The notes under the pieces were generated by a model. It had not been told where the DNA came from. It did not search any database and saw only the letters and a program-made list of their open reading frames with translations. This document shows, in pieces, positions 14,001 to 24,198 of a stretch of 64,000 nucleotides of DNA. The stretch spans positions 62,001 through 126,000 of the forward strand of contig JAQGDQ010000445.1 in NCBI GenBank assembly GCA_030141605.1. The letters run 5' to 3'. The position numbers were made by a program, and so were the translations under genes. The first letter of the stretch is position 1. Every line of letters begins with the position of its first letter. The DNA is from Tubiluchus corallicola. Lineage: Eukaryota > Animalia > Priapulida.

Positions 14001-16380
14001 CTGAAAAGTGTAGCTAATAAGAGTAAATGTTCATTAGAGTCCTTGAAAAGTGGAGCTAATAAGAGTAAATGTTCACTTAGAGTACTGAAAAGTGGAACTA
14101 ATAAGAATAAATGTTCATTAGAGTCCTTGAAAAGTGGAGCTAATAAGAGTAAATGTTCATTAGAGTCCTTGAAAAGTGGAGCTAGTAAGAGTAAATGTTC
14201 ATTAGAGTACTGAAAAGTGGAACTAATAAGAGTAAATGTTCATTAGAGTACTGAAAAGTGGAGCTAGTAAGAGTAAATGTTCATTAGAGTCCTTGAAAAG
14301 TGGAGCTAATAAGAGTAAATGTTCATTAGAGTACTGAAAAGTGGAACTAATAAGAGTAAATGTTCATTAGAGTACTGAAAAGTGGAGCTAGTAAGAGTAA
14401 ATGTTCATTAGAGTACTGAAAAGTGGAACTAATAAGAGTAAATGTTCATTAGAGTATTGAAAAGTGGAGCTAGTAAGAGTAAATGTTCATTAGAGTACTG
14501 AAAAGTGGAACTAGTAAGAGTAAATGTTGATTAGAGTACTGAAAAGTGGAGCTAGTAAGAGTAAACGTTCATTAGAGTACTGAAAAGTGGAACTAATAAG
14601 AGTAAATGTTCATTAGAGTACTGAAAAGTGGAACTAATAAGAGTAAACGTTCATTTAAGTACTGAAAAGTGGATTATGTAAGTGGACAGTCCAGTGATTA
14701 ATCTGACTTTTCTTGTTTTGAAGGCATTCATACGGCCGTTCAGAGAACACCACATAGATCCGACGGCCATCACAAGGCACGACTGGGTCGAGACAAACGG
14801 TGACAACTGCATGACCACCGTACCGTTTCTGGCCTACATGGCTTACTGCCTCACCACAGGGACGTCCGAGCAAATCATGGAAAGATACAACGTCGCCATG
14901 TTTGTTTTCCTGTTGGCAATATTTGTAACGTTGACCAATCAGGTAAGTGCGTTGAAGGTTGCTCGTTAAATGAACAGTAAAATCTTCACTTAAAGGGGCA
15001 GAAAGGGCAATTTTAGTGTCCCAAAACGTTTCCATGCCCAAATTATATTACTTGCCTGGTTGAAAGGCTTATGTAACTGGAAAAGAAAATTTTTGATATT
15101 ATTATTTTTTCAAACTTCATGCAACGTTATCTAAACTTATTTCAAACGACTTGCTGTCAAAGTGGCTCCATCTAACAGCCATCGGGGGATTTAAATTTGT
15201 AAGCTTTATACAGTGTTACTGCCAATACGAGCTCCGTGTGCAATAAAGTAGTCACATCACAGTTGGTGATGCAAAATTTCAAAGCGAAATTTTCTAGCTT
15301 GATATAAAAAAGTAAAGAATTTTCTTGTCCTTTAAGTTAACGTCCCAGTTAGCGACTTTTTGTTTTAATGATGCATGCTTTATTTTATCTTTTTGTTAGT
15401 TAAAGCACTAAACACTAAAAATGTGTTGTACTTTGTTATGACGTAATGTAATGCTTACGTGTTGTGTTGTCTTTCGCACGCTGAATGTAACATTTTTCAA
15501 TAAAAACCAAATTTAATCGCTACGTAAAATTTTTTGCGTCACTTTTTATGCAACTTGATTTCTATAATATGAAAGAGCTTTTGTGATGTAAATTTTTGTC
15601 TCTAAATACTAAATTGTGCTCTCATCAATAGAAAAATCGCTCATGATATGAACAATGCTGTGGTTTTCTGCATTTGGTACAGTAACATAGCACGATTCAC
15701 ACCATTTAAGTAGGTTATTATCATTTGTGCCTGCCTTTCCAAGATGTTTTGCGTACTTATTTGTGATTTACAAATTTCTGAATAACTTATTAGACTCGTA
15801 TTTCCTACATACTGTAACATTTCACTTTCAGACACACAAGTGATCTGCGTACTTATTTCTGGCTTACAAATTTCTGAATATCTTCTTTGACTCGTATTGC
15901 TTACGAACTGTAACATTTCTCTTTCAGACAGACAAGTGATCTGCGTACTTATTTGTGGTTTACAAATTTCTGAATATCTTCTTAGACTCATATTTCTTAC
16001 AAACTCTAACATTTCACTTTCAGACAGACCAATGATCTGCATACTTATTTGTGGTTTACAAATTTGTGAATAACTTCTTAGACTCGTATTTCTTACGAAC
16101 TGTAACATTTCGCTTTCAGACACACAAGTGGTCACACACTTACTTCGGACTACCCTGGTACATTGAGTTCCTCCAGAATATGCACATACTCCTCCCGAGG
16201 AAGCATCATCGAGTTCACCACGTGTCGCCTCACGAAAGCTACTACTGTATCACCACGGGTTGGTTGAACTATCCGCTAGAACTCGTCGACTTCTGGCGAA
16301 CAGCGGAGACCCTCATCACGAAATATACGGGCGCCGTACCGAGGAGCGATGACATGAAATGGGCTTCAAAGGTCGACTGA
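394..16380 (+). CDS. PEDS1: Plasmanylethanolamine desaturase 1 (TMEM189/Kua), spliced CDS span, 5 coding exons, 279 aa
   Basis: Exons 394-541, 5887-6006, 10004-10095, 14724-14942, 16120-16380 join in frame (840 nt) with GT-AG ends. Translation contains [86 protein letters not shown] and DDMKWA, which are the His-box motifs of the TMEM189/CarF family. Confidence 0.97.
660..1290 (+). mobile_element. Degenerate CR1/Jockey-group LINE 3' fragment (RT C-terminus)
   Basis: Frameshifted translation [25 protein letters not shown]...[19 protein letters not shown]...[10 protein letters not shown]. Confidence 0.8.
3699..3913 (-). mobile_element. Short non-autonomous Helitron-like element
   Basis: Minus strand begins TCTATTTATATAAG... 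then a GTGTGTCTGTGTG tract, and ends with a GC-rich CCCG..CGGG hairpin and a degenerate CTAGT. Confidence 0.45.
4772..5045. repeat. (TA)n/(TACA)n microsatellite
   Basis: Direct inspection. Confidence 0.95.
5065..5232 (+). mobile_element. Retroposon 3'-end fragment with (GATTT)n tail, copy 1
   Basis: GGGGTGGCTGATTCGATAAC...TTTTTCGCCACCC hairpin, AATAAA and (GATTT)n; near-identical copy at about 24910-25085. Confidence 0.75.
5233..5850 (+). mobile_element. CR1/L2-group LINE 3' fragment with (ATCTT)n tail
   Basis: Translation [14 protein letters not shown]...[18 protein letters not shown], typical of an ORF2 C-terminus; AATAAA then (ATCTT)n directly upstream of the PEDS1 exon 2 acceptor. Confidence 0.7.
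5887..6006 (+). CDS. PEDS1: PEDS1 coding exon 2
   Basis: ttcattcag| ...[19 protein letters not shown]...LICA; donor G|gttagt. Confidence 0.93.
6600..7054. mobile_element. pogo/Tigger-type MITE
   Basis: Perfect 27-bp TIR CCGTATTTTCCCGTGTATAAGAGACCC with TA target duplication on both sides; subterminal GGGTCTCTTATAC repeats. Confidence 0.92.
8660..9267. mobile_element. TTAA-flanked non-autonomous DNA transposon (Kolobok-like), family A copy
   Basis: TTAA|AGCACAAGAAAA ... TTTTCTTGTCTT|TTAA; internal similarity to 9272-9872 and 50269-50930. Confidence 0.8.
9272..9872. mobile_element. Kolobok-like family A copy, head-to-tail with the previous copy
   Basis: Shares the TTAA at 9268-9271; same termini. 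Confidence 0.8.
10004..10095 (+). CDS. PEDS1: PEDS1 coding exon 3
   Basis: tttgcag| [31 protein letters not shown] |gtaagg. Confidence 0.96.
10136..10678 (+). mobile_element. pogo/Tigger-type MITE
   Basis: TA|CAGTGTTCCCTC(A/G)CT TIRs|TA; second, inverted and truncated copy at about 25665-26186. Confidence 0.9.
10829..14672. repeat. 41-bp tandem satellite (about 90-95 units) in PEDS1 intron 3
   Basis: Unit TGAAAAGTGGAGCTAGTAAGAGTAAATGTTCATTAGAGTAC, with no unique spacers. Confidence 0.98.
14724..14942 (+). CDS. PEDS1: PEDS1 coding exon 4
   Basis: ttttgaag| [29 protein letters not shown]...TLTNQ |gtaagt. Confidence 0.96.
14994..15331. mobile_element. Kolobok-like family A, internally deleted, inverted copy
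   Basis: TTAA|AGGGGCAG...TTTTCTTGTCCT|TTAA; internal TTATGTAACTGGAAA and TTTCAAACTT are the reverse complement of family A; related copies at about 22406-22911, 24210-24413 and 57310-57660. Confidence 0.65.
15750..16130 (+). repeat. 96-bp tandem repeat (4 units) containing the PEDS1 last acceptor site
   Basis: TTTCAG|ACA(C/G)AC at AG ends 15831, 15927, 16023 and 16119, an exact 96-bp period. Confidence 0.95.
16120..16380 (+). CDS. PEDS1: PEDS1 coding exon 5 (last)
   Basis: ctttcag| [19 protein letters not shown]...[10 protein letters not shown]. Confidence 0.96.
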   Translation, partial: THKWSHTYFGLPWYIEFLQNMHILLPRKHHRVHHVSPHESYYCITTGWLNYPLELVDFWRTAETLITKYTGAVPRSDDMKWASKVD

Positions 16381-17337
16381 TCGACTTTCGTCGATTTGTT
16401 AGCACTTCAACATTCGCCGTCGTGCAATAGCGTTATTCTTACTTGTTGTACACGTTTAATCAACTGAATCAGGCAAATGAAATTTAAATGGTTTTATTTA
16501 CATACAACGGAGAGATGTTTGTGTTTTGAGAACCTTGTTACTTAATCATGGTTTTAATTTGAAGCTCGTTATAGAACGTATTTTTATTGTTATCACACTG
16601 AACTGGAAGACAAGACCTTCCAGCTCGTTGTCTGTGCTACGTCAATAACTGTGGATATTTAAAAGATTTCCACTTTTGACTGTTCTATTTCATGTGGATT
16701 TCTTAACAAATAAGCTCTTTAAATTGTCTGTTATTACATCATGTAGCTTCAAATCATAAAGTTAAATGCTCTGTAACTTAGATAAACTACTAAGACAATG
16801 ACTCGTGTTGTTAATTAGCGATGCTTAGCCCCATCGAGTCCTCTGGCATTTTTAGCATTTTATTTCTGTGGCCGTTACTTTTCTAGCGCAGCGTATTACT
16901 AAATCTGGTAGATTTGGCAGCCGCATCATTGAGTTACCATCGTACCATTGATGATATTTTTATCCATGTACAAATATCAAAAGGTACATTTATTAAAAGT
17001 ACATACTGCAATAATGGTATCAGACAAGTTGAATTTTTACCAGTACAATGCAATGTCACTGCGCAATTAGTAAAAAGAAAGATGATGATGACAGTGATGA
17101 TGATGATGATATCAATGACAACATAGACATTGATAAAGAGAGGTCAAAAGGTCAAAATAAGGTCGCTGCCGTGTGGAAAATGATTGCATTTTATCTAATA
17201 ATTATTACTGATAATTTAATTTTTGTATTTGCATGTCTGTGATAAATGATAATTATTTTAATTAAGCGTATGCCGTGACGATCAAATAGTCTTGTCCGCT
17301 TACTTTCTGCTAATTTGCAGCAAAGCCGCTAACTTAA

Positions 17338-17850
17338 AGGAAAACCGGATGATTGTGTGAACACGAGGTCAGAATAAACAATGCTCTAAAATATTGAAAA
17401 CTACAATAGGTTTTTTTAAATCAAAGCTTAGAATAAATAATAATTACCTCGGATACTCAAATTTTGTTAAACTTTCAAAGCTACGAGTGGCTCAGTGAAT
17501 CTACTAAGGTTGGCAGTGGCGCCTTTTTGTCACGTGCGTGTGGCCGACAAGTACCGTGGTACCGTGATATCCATGATCATGAACTGCAGTGTTAGTTTCT
17601 GACGTCATATGACGTAGAGTCCATTTTCGTGACATCAGACATTTAAGTGGTACTGTAATACTTATGCAAGGAAAGACACCTGCCATTGCGCAAACTGTGG
17701 TTAGCTTCTGATGTAAGCAGTAGCTGTGTATGGTTACTGTTAATTAACTTTCTAAGCTAATTATTGAAATATAAGAAACAATTGCTAACTTTTATATTTC
17801 GGACAATAAATTAAAATGAGATTGAATTTAAACAATCATCCAGTTTTCCT
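17338..17850. mobile_element. TTAA-flanked Kolobok-like MITE family B, copy 1
   Basis: TTAA|AGGAAAACCGGATGATTG ... CAATCATCCAGTTTTCCT|TCAA; diverged second copy at about 31008-31513. Confidence 0.8.
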
Positions 17851-18547
17851 TCAAGTGTAATTATCATATCGTGAAACTCTGAACGGTTTCCGTCGGACCT
17901 GTTACTTAATTCTGAAACACAAGACATTAGACGCAAGTCTCTATTACAATAGACTTTTTAGAATTTTAAATATGTATACACAAGTTTATTAGTTGTCGTG
18001 ATATTTTCACGTTACACAGTGTAAAATCTACTACTGTTTTTGTGGTTTAGCTTTTCATTGAGACGTAGTGAGTGTTGGACCTTGCCCTAAGTAATCAACG
18101 TGGTTTATTTTACCCGATTTCTTGGGTTTGTTCTTCACGAATTAGATAATTTCCGAGGCGGCATCGGTCACGTTTGATGTTTGGAATGTATGAAAGTTCG
18201 AATAGTATTTAAACAGTAAAGTCAACTCTTATTTTTGGCAATATTTTAATTGAAATGAATAATTTTATAATAACTGTAATCGGTGATCATTGTTCTTTGA
18301 TATTAGCGTTTATCAGTTGTTCAATGTTATATATGTGTTTGCACGGTCATAGTTTGAAGGATAGTTTAGTTTTGTATATATTAGATAGTGAGTAGTATAC
18401 ACAAGTGATTACTTTTGATTTCTGTGGTCTGTGCATTGTAAGCAGTTTATTGCAATTCGCATACAATTGCATTTGTTTCATTATTAACACTGTGCGTGTG
18501 TTTTGTAGGCATTAGAAATTTGATCTGACGTATGAAATACAGTAAGT

Positions 18548-18989
18548 CAGGGGTGTGCAAATTGCGGCCCGCCGAGAGAATTTGTGCGGCCCGCAAAGAG
18601 ATTTGTCAACCTAATGAAAGTGCGGCCCGGGCGATTAATTGAGTGTATCCAGCTGAAGTCCGTGCCACGATCGGAAAGATTAGTTTTTTCTACTAGATCG
18701 GATGCCATTAACCCTTACAAGACGGTTGTAGCTTAATGTCACTTTACTACACAGACCGTGTGATACACATTACTAATATGCATTGTAATGAAATTACCAC
18801 TATATAAATTTTAATAACTTCTAAAATAGTTTCTTGAGTGTAGTAGTAATGATGTACGCAAGTCGGATGCAAAAAAAATCGTTATTAGGCCTTTCTGTAC
18901 TTGGCTCCTTGATCAAACTGCCCGTGGCTCGCAGGAATTCCGGGAAAGTTTAATGTGGCCCTTCTAGTCGGGCAATTTGCACACCTCTG
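18548..18989 (+). mobile_element. hAT-type MITE, copy 1
   Basis: TIR CAG(G/A)GGTGTGCAAATTGC; exact 8-bp TSD CAGTAAGT; subterminal GCGGCCCG repeats. Confidence 0.93.
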
Positions 18990-19268
18990 CAGTAAGTCCT
19001 CGCTTAACGACGCTAATGCGTTCCAGCAAAACGCAATGTTGAGCGAAACATCGTGAAACAAACCAAAACTGCTATAGAAAGTAATGTAAAATAATCCAGA
19101 TACGATGCAGAGGCAGTGCTGCTTAAATCATATAAATTAAACATTTTATGAATTTCTTAATGGAATCCAGTAATTAATTTCTTTCTGCTTGCTTAAAAAG
19201 CGTCAAATGTTCAGCGTCGTTAAAATGAAATGTCGCTAAACGGGGAGTCGTTAAGCGAGGACTTACGG
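18990..19268. mobile_element. pogo/Tigger-type MITE interrupted at its left tip by the hAT MITE
   Basis: TIR C(A/C)GTAAGTCCTCGCTTAACGAC; TA at 18538-18539 and 19269-19270; degraded relative near 23222. Confidence 0.88.
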
Positions 19269-20077
19269 TACTTTAATTCTTAGTGTCTGTTAATAATGAT
19301 AATCAGACTCAGTATTGGATTCTGTGACCAATCAATGACGTCATTCCTCTGTCGCGTTGCTACTGATTTTTGTTTTAAATCTGTTTAATTCAAATCTGCC
19401 TCGGCAAATGTTTAGGGTGGCTAAGCTTGTCAACACGTCCAACATGCCGTTTACTTTGTTTCCCGAATCTTATTCATCATTTTTCGGCTGTTACATACCA
19501 TAATTGGTTAAGTATTATTAATAATGCGTAATGTAACAAAATAACATACGTTAACTAAAATTATTATTACTTGTACATAGCTGAGATGACCTTTGAACTA
19601 TCCAGTAGTATCATTGTTTATAATTGCCCATTTCACTTTCACATACATATATTTAGCCAGCCTTTTGGCTCACCCGGTATCTATTCACCAGCTGTTGTGC
19701 TGCACCTTCTGTCCATCCATTTCACTCTTTCACGAGCCGAGTTTTATAGCGTCCAGTAGCTTATTTTTGGTAAAAAAAGACTTATTTCAATATAGTAATG
19801 GGAAATATTAATTTTTGCAATTATTGATTTTGTACACTGTGTTTATTATCACGCCTTGGTGCTAGTTCTATTAATAATTATAGTGCAACTGTTGTCTATG
19901 TACCAATGTTCGTAAATGCTATCTCTGAATTGATGTGTGCATGTGAGGTGGCTACCATTGTTAGTCACAATGTAGTCGTGTTGCAACATTGTTCTTATGT
20001 ATGAAGTTAATCAGTCCATTTAATTTTAAATGTGGCTTTTGTGATATATATTAGAAGCTAGATCTGTTAGGTACACT

Positions 20078-20122
<45 letters not shown>

Positions 20123-20463
20123 GTGCGTGTGTGATGTGCTTGTCAAAGTAGTTCTAGCACTTCTAACTGTGGGACAATAAATAGAAACATATATGACTAT
20201 TTATTGCGTTCGTTTGTTTATATATAAACTGTTCATTATTTTAATTTTCCTGTCTCTTCCATTGCTCTTTCTCTCTCCGTCCCGGTCTCTCCCTTTCTCT
20301 TTCCTTCTCTCTCTCTCTCTTTCCTTCTCTCTCTCTCTCTCTCTCCCTCTATCTCTAATTATGTTGCCCTCCTCTCTTTCTGTCTTTCTTTCTCCCCCTC
20401 TCTCTCTTCTCTCCCCTTCTCTCTCTCCTCTCTCTATATCTCCCCCTCTCCCTTTTTCCTGTC

Positions 20464-20516
<53 letters not shown>

Positions 20517-20530
20517 TCCCTCTCTCTTTT
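20078..20530. repeat. (GT)n and (CT)n-rich microsatellites
   Basis: (GT)n at about 20078-20132; CT-rich tract at about 20250-20530. Confidence 0.95.
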
Positions 20531-21296
20531 GCTTTTGTTCCTCCCTTTTTGCATAAAAATAGTTACTTATGCTGTATTCTTTCACGCAGTCATCAACAGA
20601 ATCTCTCAGACGTTGTGATTTTGTGAAGTTATATGTTATGTACGAGCAAAAATCTGATACATTTTGATCTTATAAGCAAAGAAGTGATCGGTTTCCAGGC
20701 ATAGTTGTCAGGTCTGTCTATGTGTCAAATACGGTAATAATATTAAAGCTTTATCCATTTTGATTTTACAGACAAAGTCCCTTCTTTTGAAACCAAAAGT
20801 AATTGGCTTTTGACATTAGACATAACCTGGTGTCAAGTTTGGTGATTATACAGTTTTATCAATTTGATTTTATTGACTACACGGGTATACTCGTGCATGG
20901 CATTAACTTTTTATTCAGTCCTTAAGTCCCTAATGACCTTATGCAAATAAGCTTTCTACTAGTGCGTTCAATACTTAGCCGAGCCGCAAATGGTTATAGG
21001 ATTGCATTATTTGCTCGAATGTCTCAGCAAAATTGATAATATTTTACAAGTATTCATTCAATCATTGTGAAACTGGTAGTATTCTCAAAAACTAGTATTT
21101 TGCATATTAATTTATTTATTGTTAATTTTTGTACTTTCGTCTGTTTCATGAGAAGTTGTGGGTCGCTTCTACACTAGTTTTCGTTCTGTTAATGCAACGG
21201 TCGTGTATAGAGAACGCTTTAACAAATATCTGATGCTCGGTTCACTTATTTTGATATTGCATATTGCTATGTTGCTGCCCATGCTTCGTTTTTAAC

Positions 21297-21435
21297 ATGG
21301 AACTGTCTGGAAGTGTCCAAGAAGTTTTGCAAATAGCAGGAAATCCAGCGCTAATCGATGATAAATTGTACAGTTTTCTAGTTAGTAGTGCATGCAGTAG
21401 TCTTACCACAATGCCAAAAGATCGTTCTCAAAATG
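21297..21435 (+). CDS. COMMD3: COMMD3 coding exon 1
   Basis: aacATGG; MELSGSVQEVLQIAGNPALID...SQN; donor G|gtaaag. Confidence 0.92.
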
Positions 21436-24167
21436 GTAAAGATTTTTAAAAATTTCTAAGTTAGACTTGGTACCACTACTAGGCTTTGCTATAATAAATG
21501 TACTAATCTCGAAAATCTTTGTTATAATACATTACCCTTTCAGTGGGTGGAGGAGGGGAATATGTGTTCGATGCTGCGCATTAGAGAATTACGTGAATTG
21601 TGAGCCGAAATGATAGTCTGGAATGAAAACGAGTCCCCCCTAACGTGTTTATCTTCGTATCAACGATACTAAACGGTACACATTTAGTCAAGCAGTAAAT
21701 TGTTTCAAACATTAAGAATGGTACTAAATGTGGAGTTAACAGAAAAACTAATGTTAGAACTATTAAATGCCTGAAATGAGTGCACTCAGTGCTGTAAAAA
21801 GAGGCAGTAAGCTGTGACATATGATTTATGGAACGGAAGCATCCAATATAAGTGAGAGACAACATAAATATAAAACAAGAGAGAGAGAAAATGTGTGATA
21901 AAACTATTAACAAAGGTTTATCAAGAGAGACAACTATAGTTAAAAAGCCTTGTAGGCTTTGCACTGTCGACTTTTGGTAATCTACTGTATCTTCGGCTGC
22001 AGTGAGGTGTAATGATATATAGTTGTGTAAATATTATATAACATTTTGCAACACGCTGTTCCAAGCCTTTTCATTCGGTCTTGTTTTTATTTGTACCTGA
22101 TGTGTCCCTGTGTAAGAGAAGCAGAAAATGCTACCGTAATAACACTCACTTTCTTGTGTCAATTTGTAAATATTGTATTTGCATACAGACCTGTTAGGGA
22201 CCTTCAGTACAGTGATAGGTATTCCATTAGACAATAAAGGTTCTCAACCCGACAATGGAACAAAGTTGTGTGCTTTTGTAGTGCATAAAAATTATAAATA
22301 AAAAATTACTGGTTCAAATCTGTGCTCACTTCTGACTTTTTTCATTTCTTTTTTTAGAACGAATTTGGTTTAAAAAATGATAATGGCAGGTTCTTTTGGT
22401 TATTAAAGGGGAAGTAAAGAGAATTTTAAACTACGTCTCAAAAAACTTTTCGTGTAATGTTATATTACTTTGCATTACAATACATTGTAATGCATTACAA
22501 TACATTACAATGCTTACCCATTTGATAGGCATATGTAACTGGAAAAGAAAATTCTTAGTAATTTAAAAGGTTCACGCCACTTGGTAGTGTATCACTGATT
22601 CGCCTTCCCAGTTTGCATCACTGACTCACTAAAAACACATTATTCATATTATTATCAACATAATGTAATTTAAGCATTTGGTTAGTTGGTGAAGAGTACG
22701 CTACGAAAGCACTGATTATTTTTTCAAACTTTGCGCAATATTATCTAAGCTTGTTTCATATGTCTTACAATTAAAATGGATGCCCCTAACGGTCATCGTG
22801 GCCGTTTAAATTTTAAAGTTTTGTACAACGTTACTGCTAATACAAGCTCTGTACGCAATAAGGCAACTTGAAAGTGATATAAAATTTGAAGACGAAGTGT
22901 TTTCTTGTGCTTTAAACCATGATCTTGAAAGTTACTTTATTCGTAATCACAGTAGTTTTGTATTTGCCTTTATTTGACAACTTTCTTTCTTGACTTTTTC
23001 TCTTCATCTTTACTAATATTTTTTTCAGTTGATTTCATTGTGAAAGCCAGTGAGGAAAATCGGGCGGACGTGAAAGGCGCTTACGGGTCTCTAGTCACTC
23101 TTTTACTGGAAGCTGCTAAACATGATGCTGATGAAACTAGCCTCACGTATGCTGCTTTTATCTATAAGTTGTTGCTTTCAGATCTGCAGTAATTTATTTT
23201 TCTGATCCATGTTTTGTAATTCAGTAACTCCTCGCTTTACGACGCTAATGCGATCCAGCGATCCACGCCAATAGAAGCAAAATGTCGCTGAACAAAGCAA
23301 TGCTTTCTATGTGAAATTAGGTAAAAGCATTCGCTTGCATTCTAGGAGCAAAAATCAATAATGGTTGGCTCATATATTGAACAGTTTATTGGGTTTATGT
23401 CTTACAGTTGTACATTACGTATCTGTTTATTTGAAAAACTAATTGGCCTTTCTTCTCCAGTCATTTTCCTCAGTTTCAATTCAGTTCAATTCAATTTATT
23501 CATCCCTTTTACACGATATAACATTATACAATATTTATATGAGAATAATACTGCTATTATAATTGGGACAGGGTGGTGAAAGACCAAGAGGTCACCTAGC
23601 GGCCACCCCTATTTATGCAACATTAATTAGTATGGTTAATTAAGTGACACTTGTTGCTGTTTTGTGCAAGAGTTATTTAATTTGAGGATAACGGTGCATC
23701 ACAGTTTCTTTTGCTTTTGTTTTTTCTTAATAAAATGTCGGGTTAGAGTAAAGTAATTTATAACTTTCGCTTAGCTAGTGGAGAGTGTGCTGCAAATGCT
23801 ATGCTCATTTAGTTAGTTAGTTAGTTTTGTCCATAGAATTCTGCTTTACTAAGTTTGTTTTCACTATTTTGCATAAATTTGCATAACTTTATTTACCATA
23901 ATTCTTTGCTGTTAATTTAATTTTGATCTATTTTCCTATTCAAATCTTTATTTTGTTCTAACAATATTTGCTCGCCATGCTGAAATTAGTAGACTCATTA
24001 TTTAGGGATGGCAGACTAGATGACCTTTTGGTCTTTCGCCATCCTGCCCTTCTTTAATCTTTGTAAATCATTGTTATATACTATCTATGATTGTTATTTT
24101 GAAGGCAAAAAATAAATTATTATTATTATTATTATTATTGTTGTAGTTATTGTTATTGTTGTTGTTG

Positions 24168-24198
<31 letters not shown>

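Noticed and set aside
13986-14213. 75-aa ORF in the satellite (also 59124-59405 and 47917-48201)
   Set aside because: Translations of tandem repeats
10829-14672. 41-bp (and 43-bp) repeat arrays as CRISPR arrays
   Set aside because: Units are contiguous with no unique spacers, there are no cas genes, and the context is a spliceosomal intron
15641-16135. 164-aa minus-strand ORF with 32-aa repeats
   Set aside because: Antisense translation of the 96-bp acceptor repeat; one stop-free unit is enough to produce it, and it resembles no known protein
16380-21297. UBE2V1 exons or a PEDS1 read-through fusion as in vertebrates
   Set aside because: No UBC-like exon seen; the next gene is COMMD3, whose exon 2 is phase 1 and incompatible with the phase-0 donor of PEDS1 exon 4
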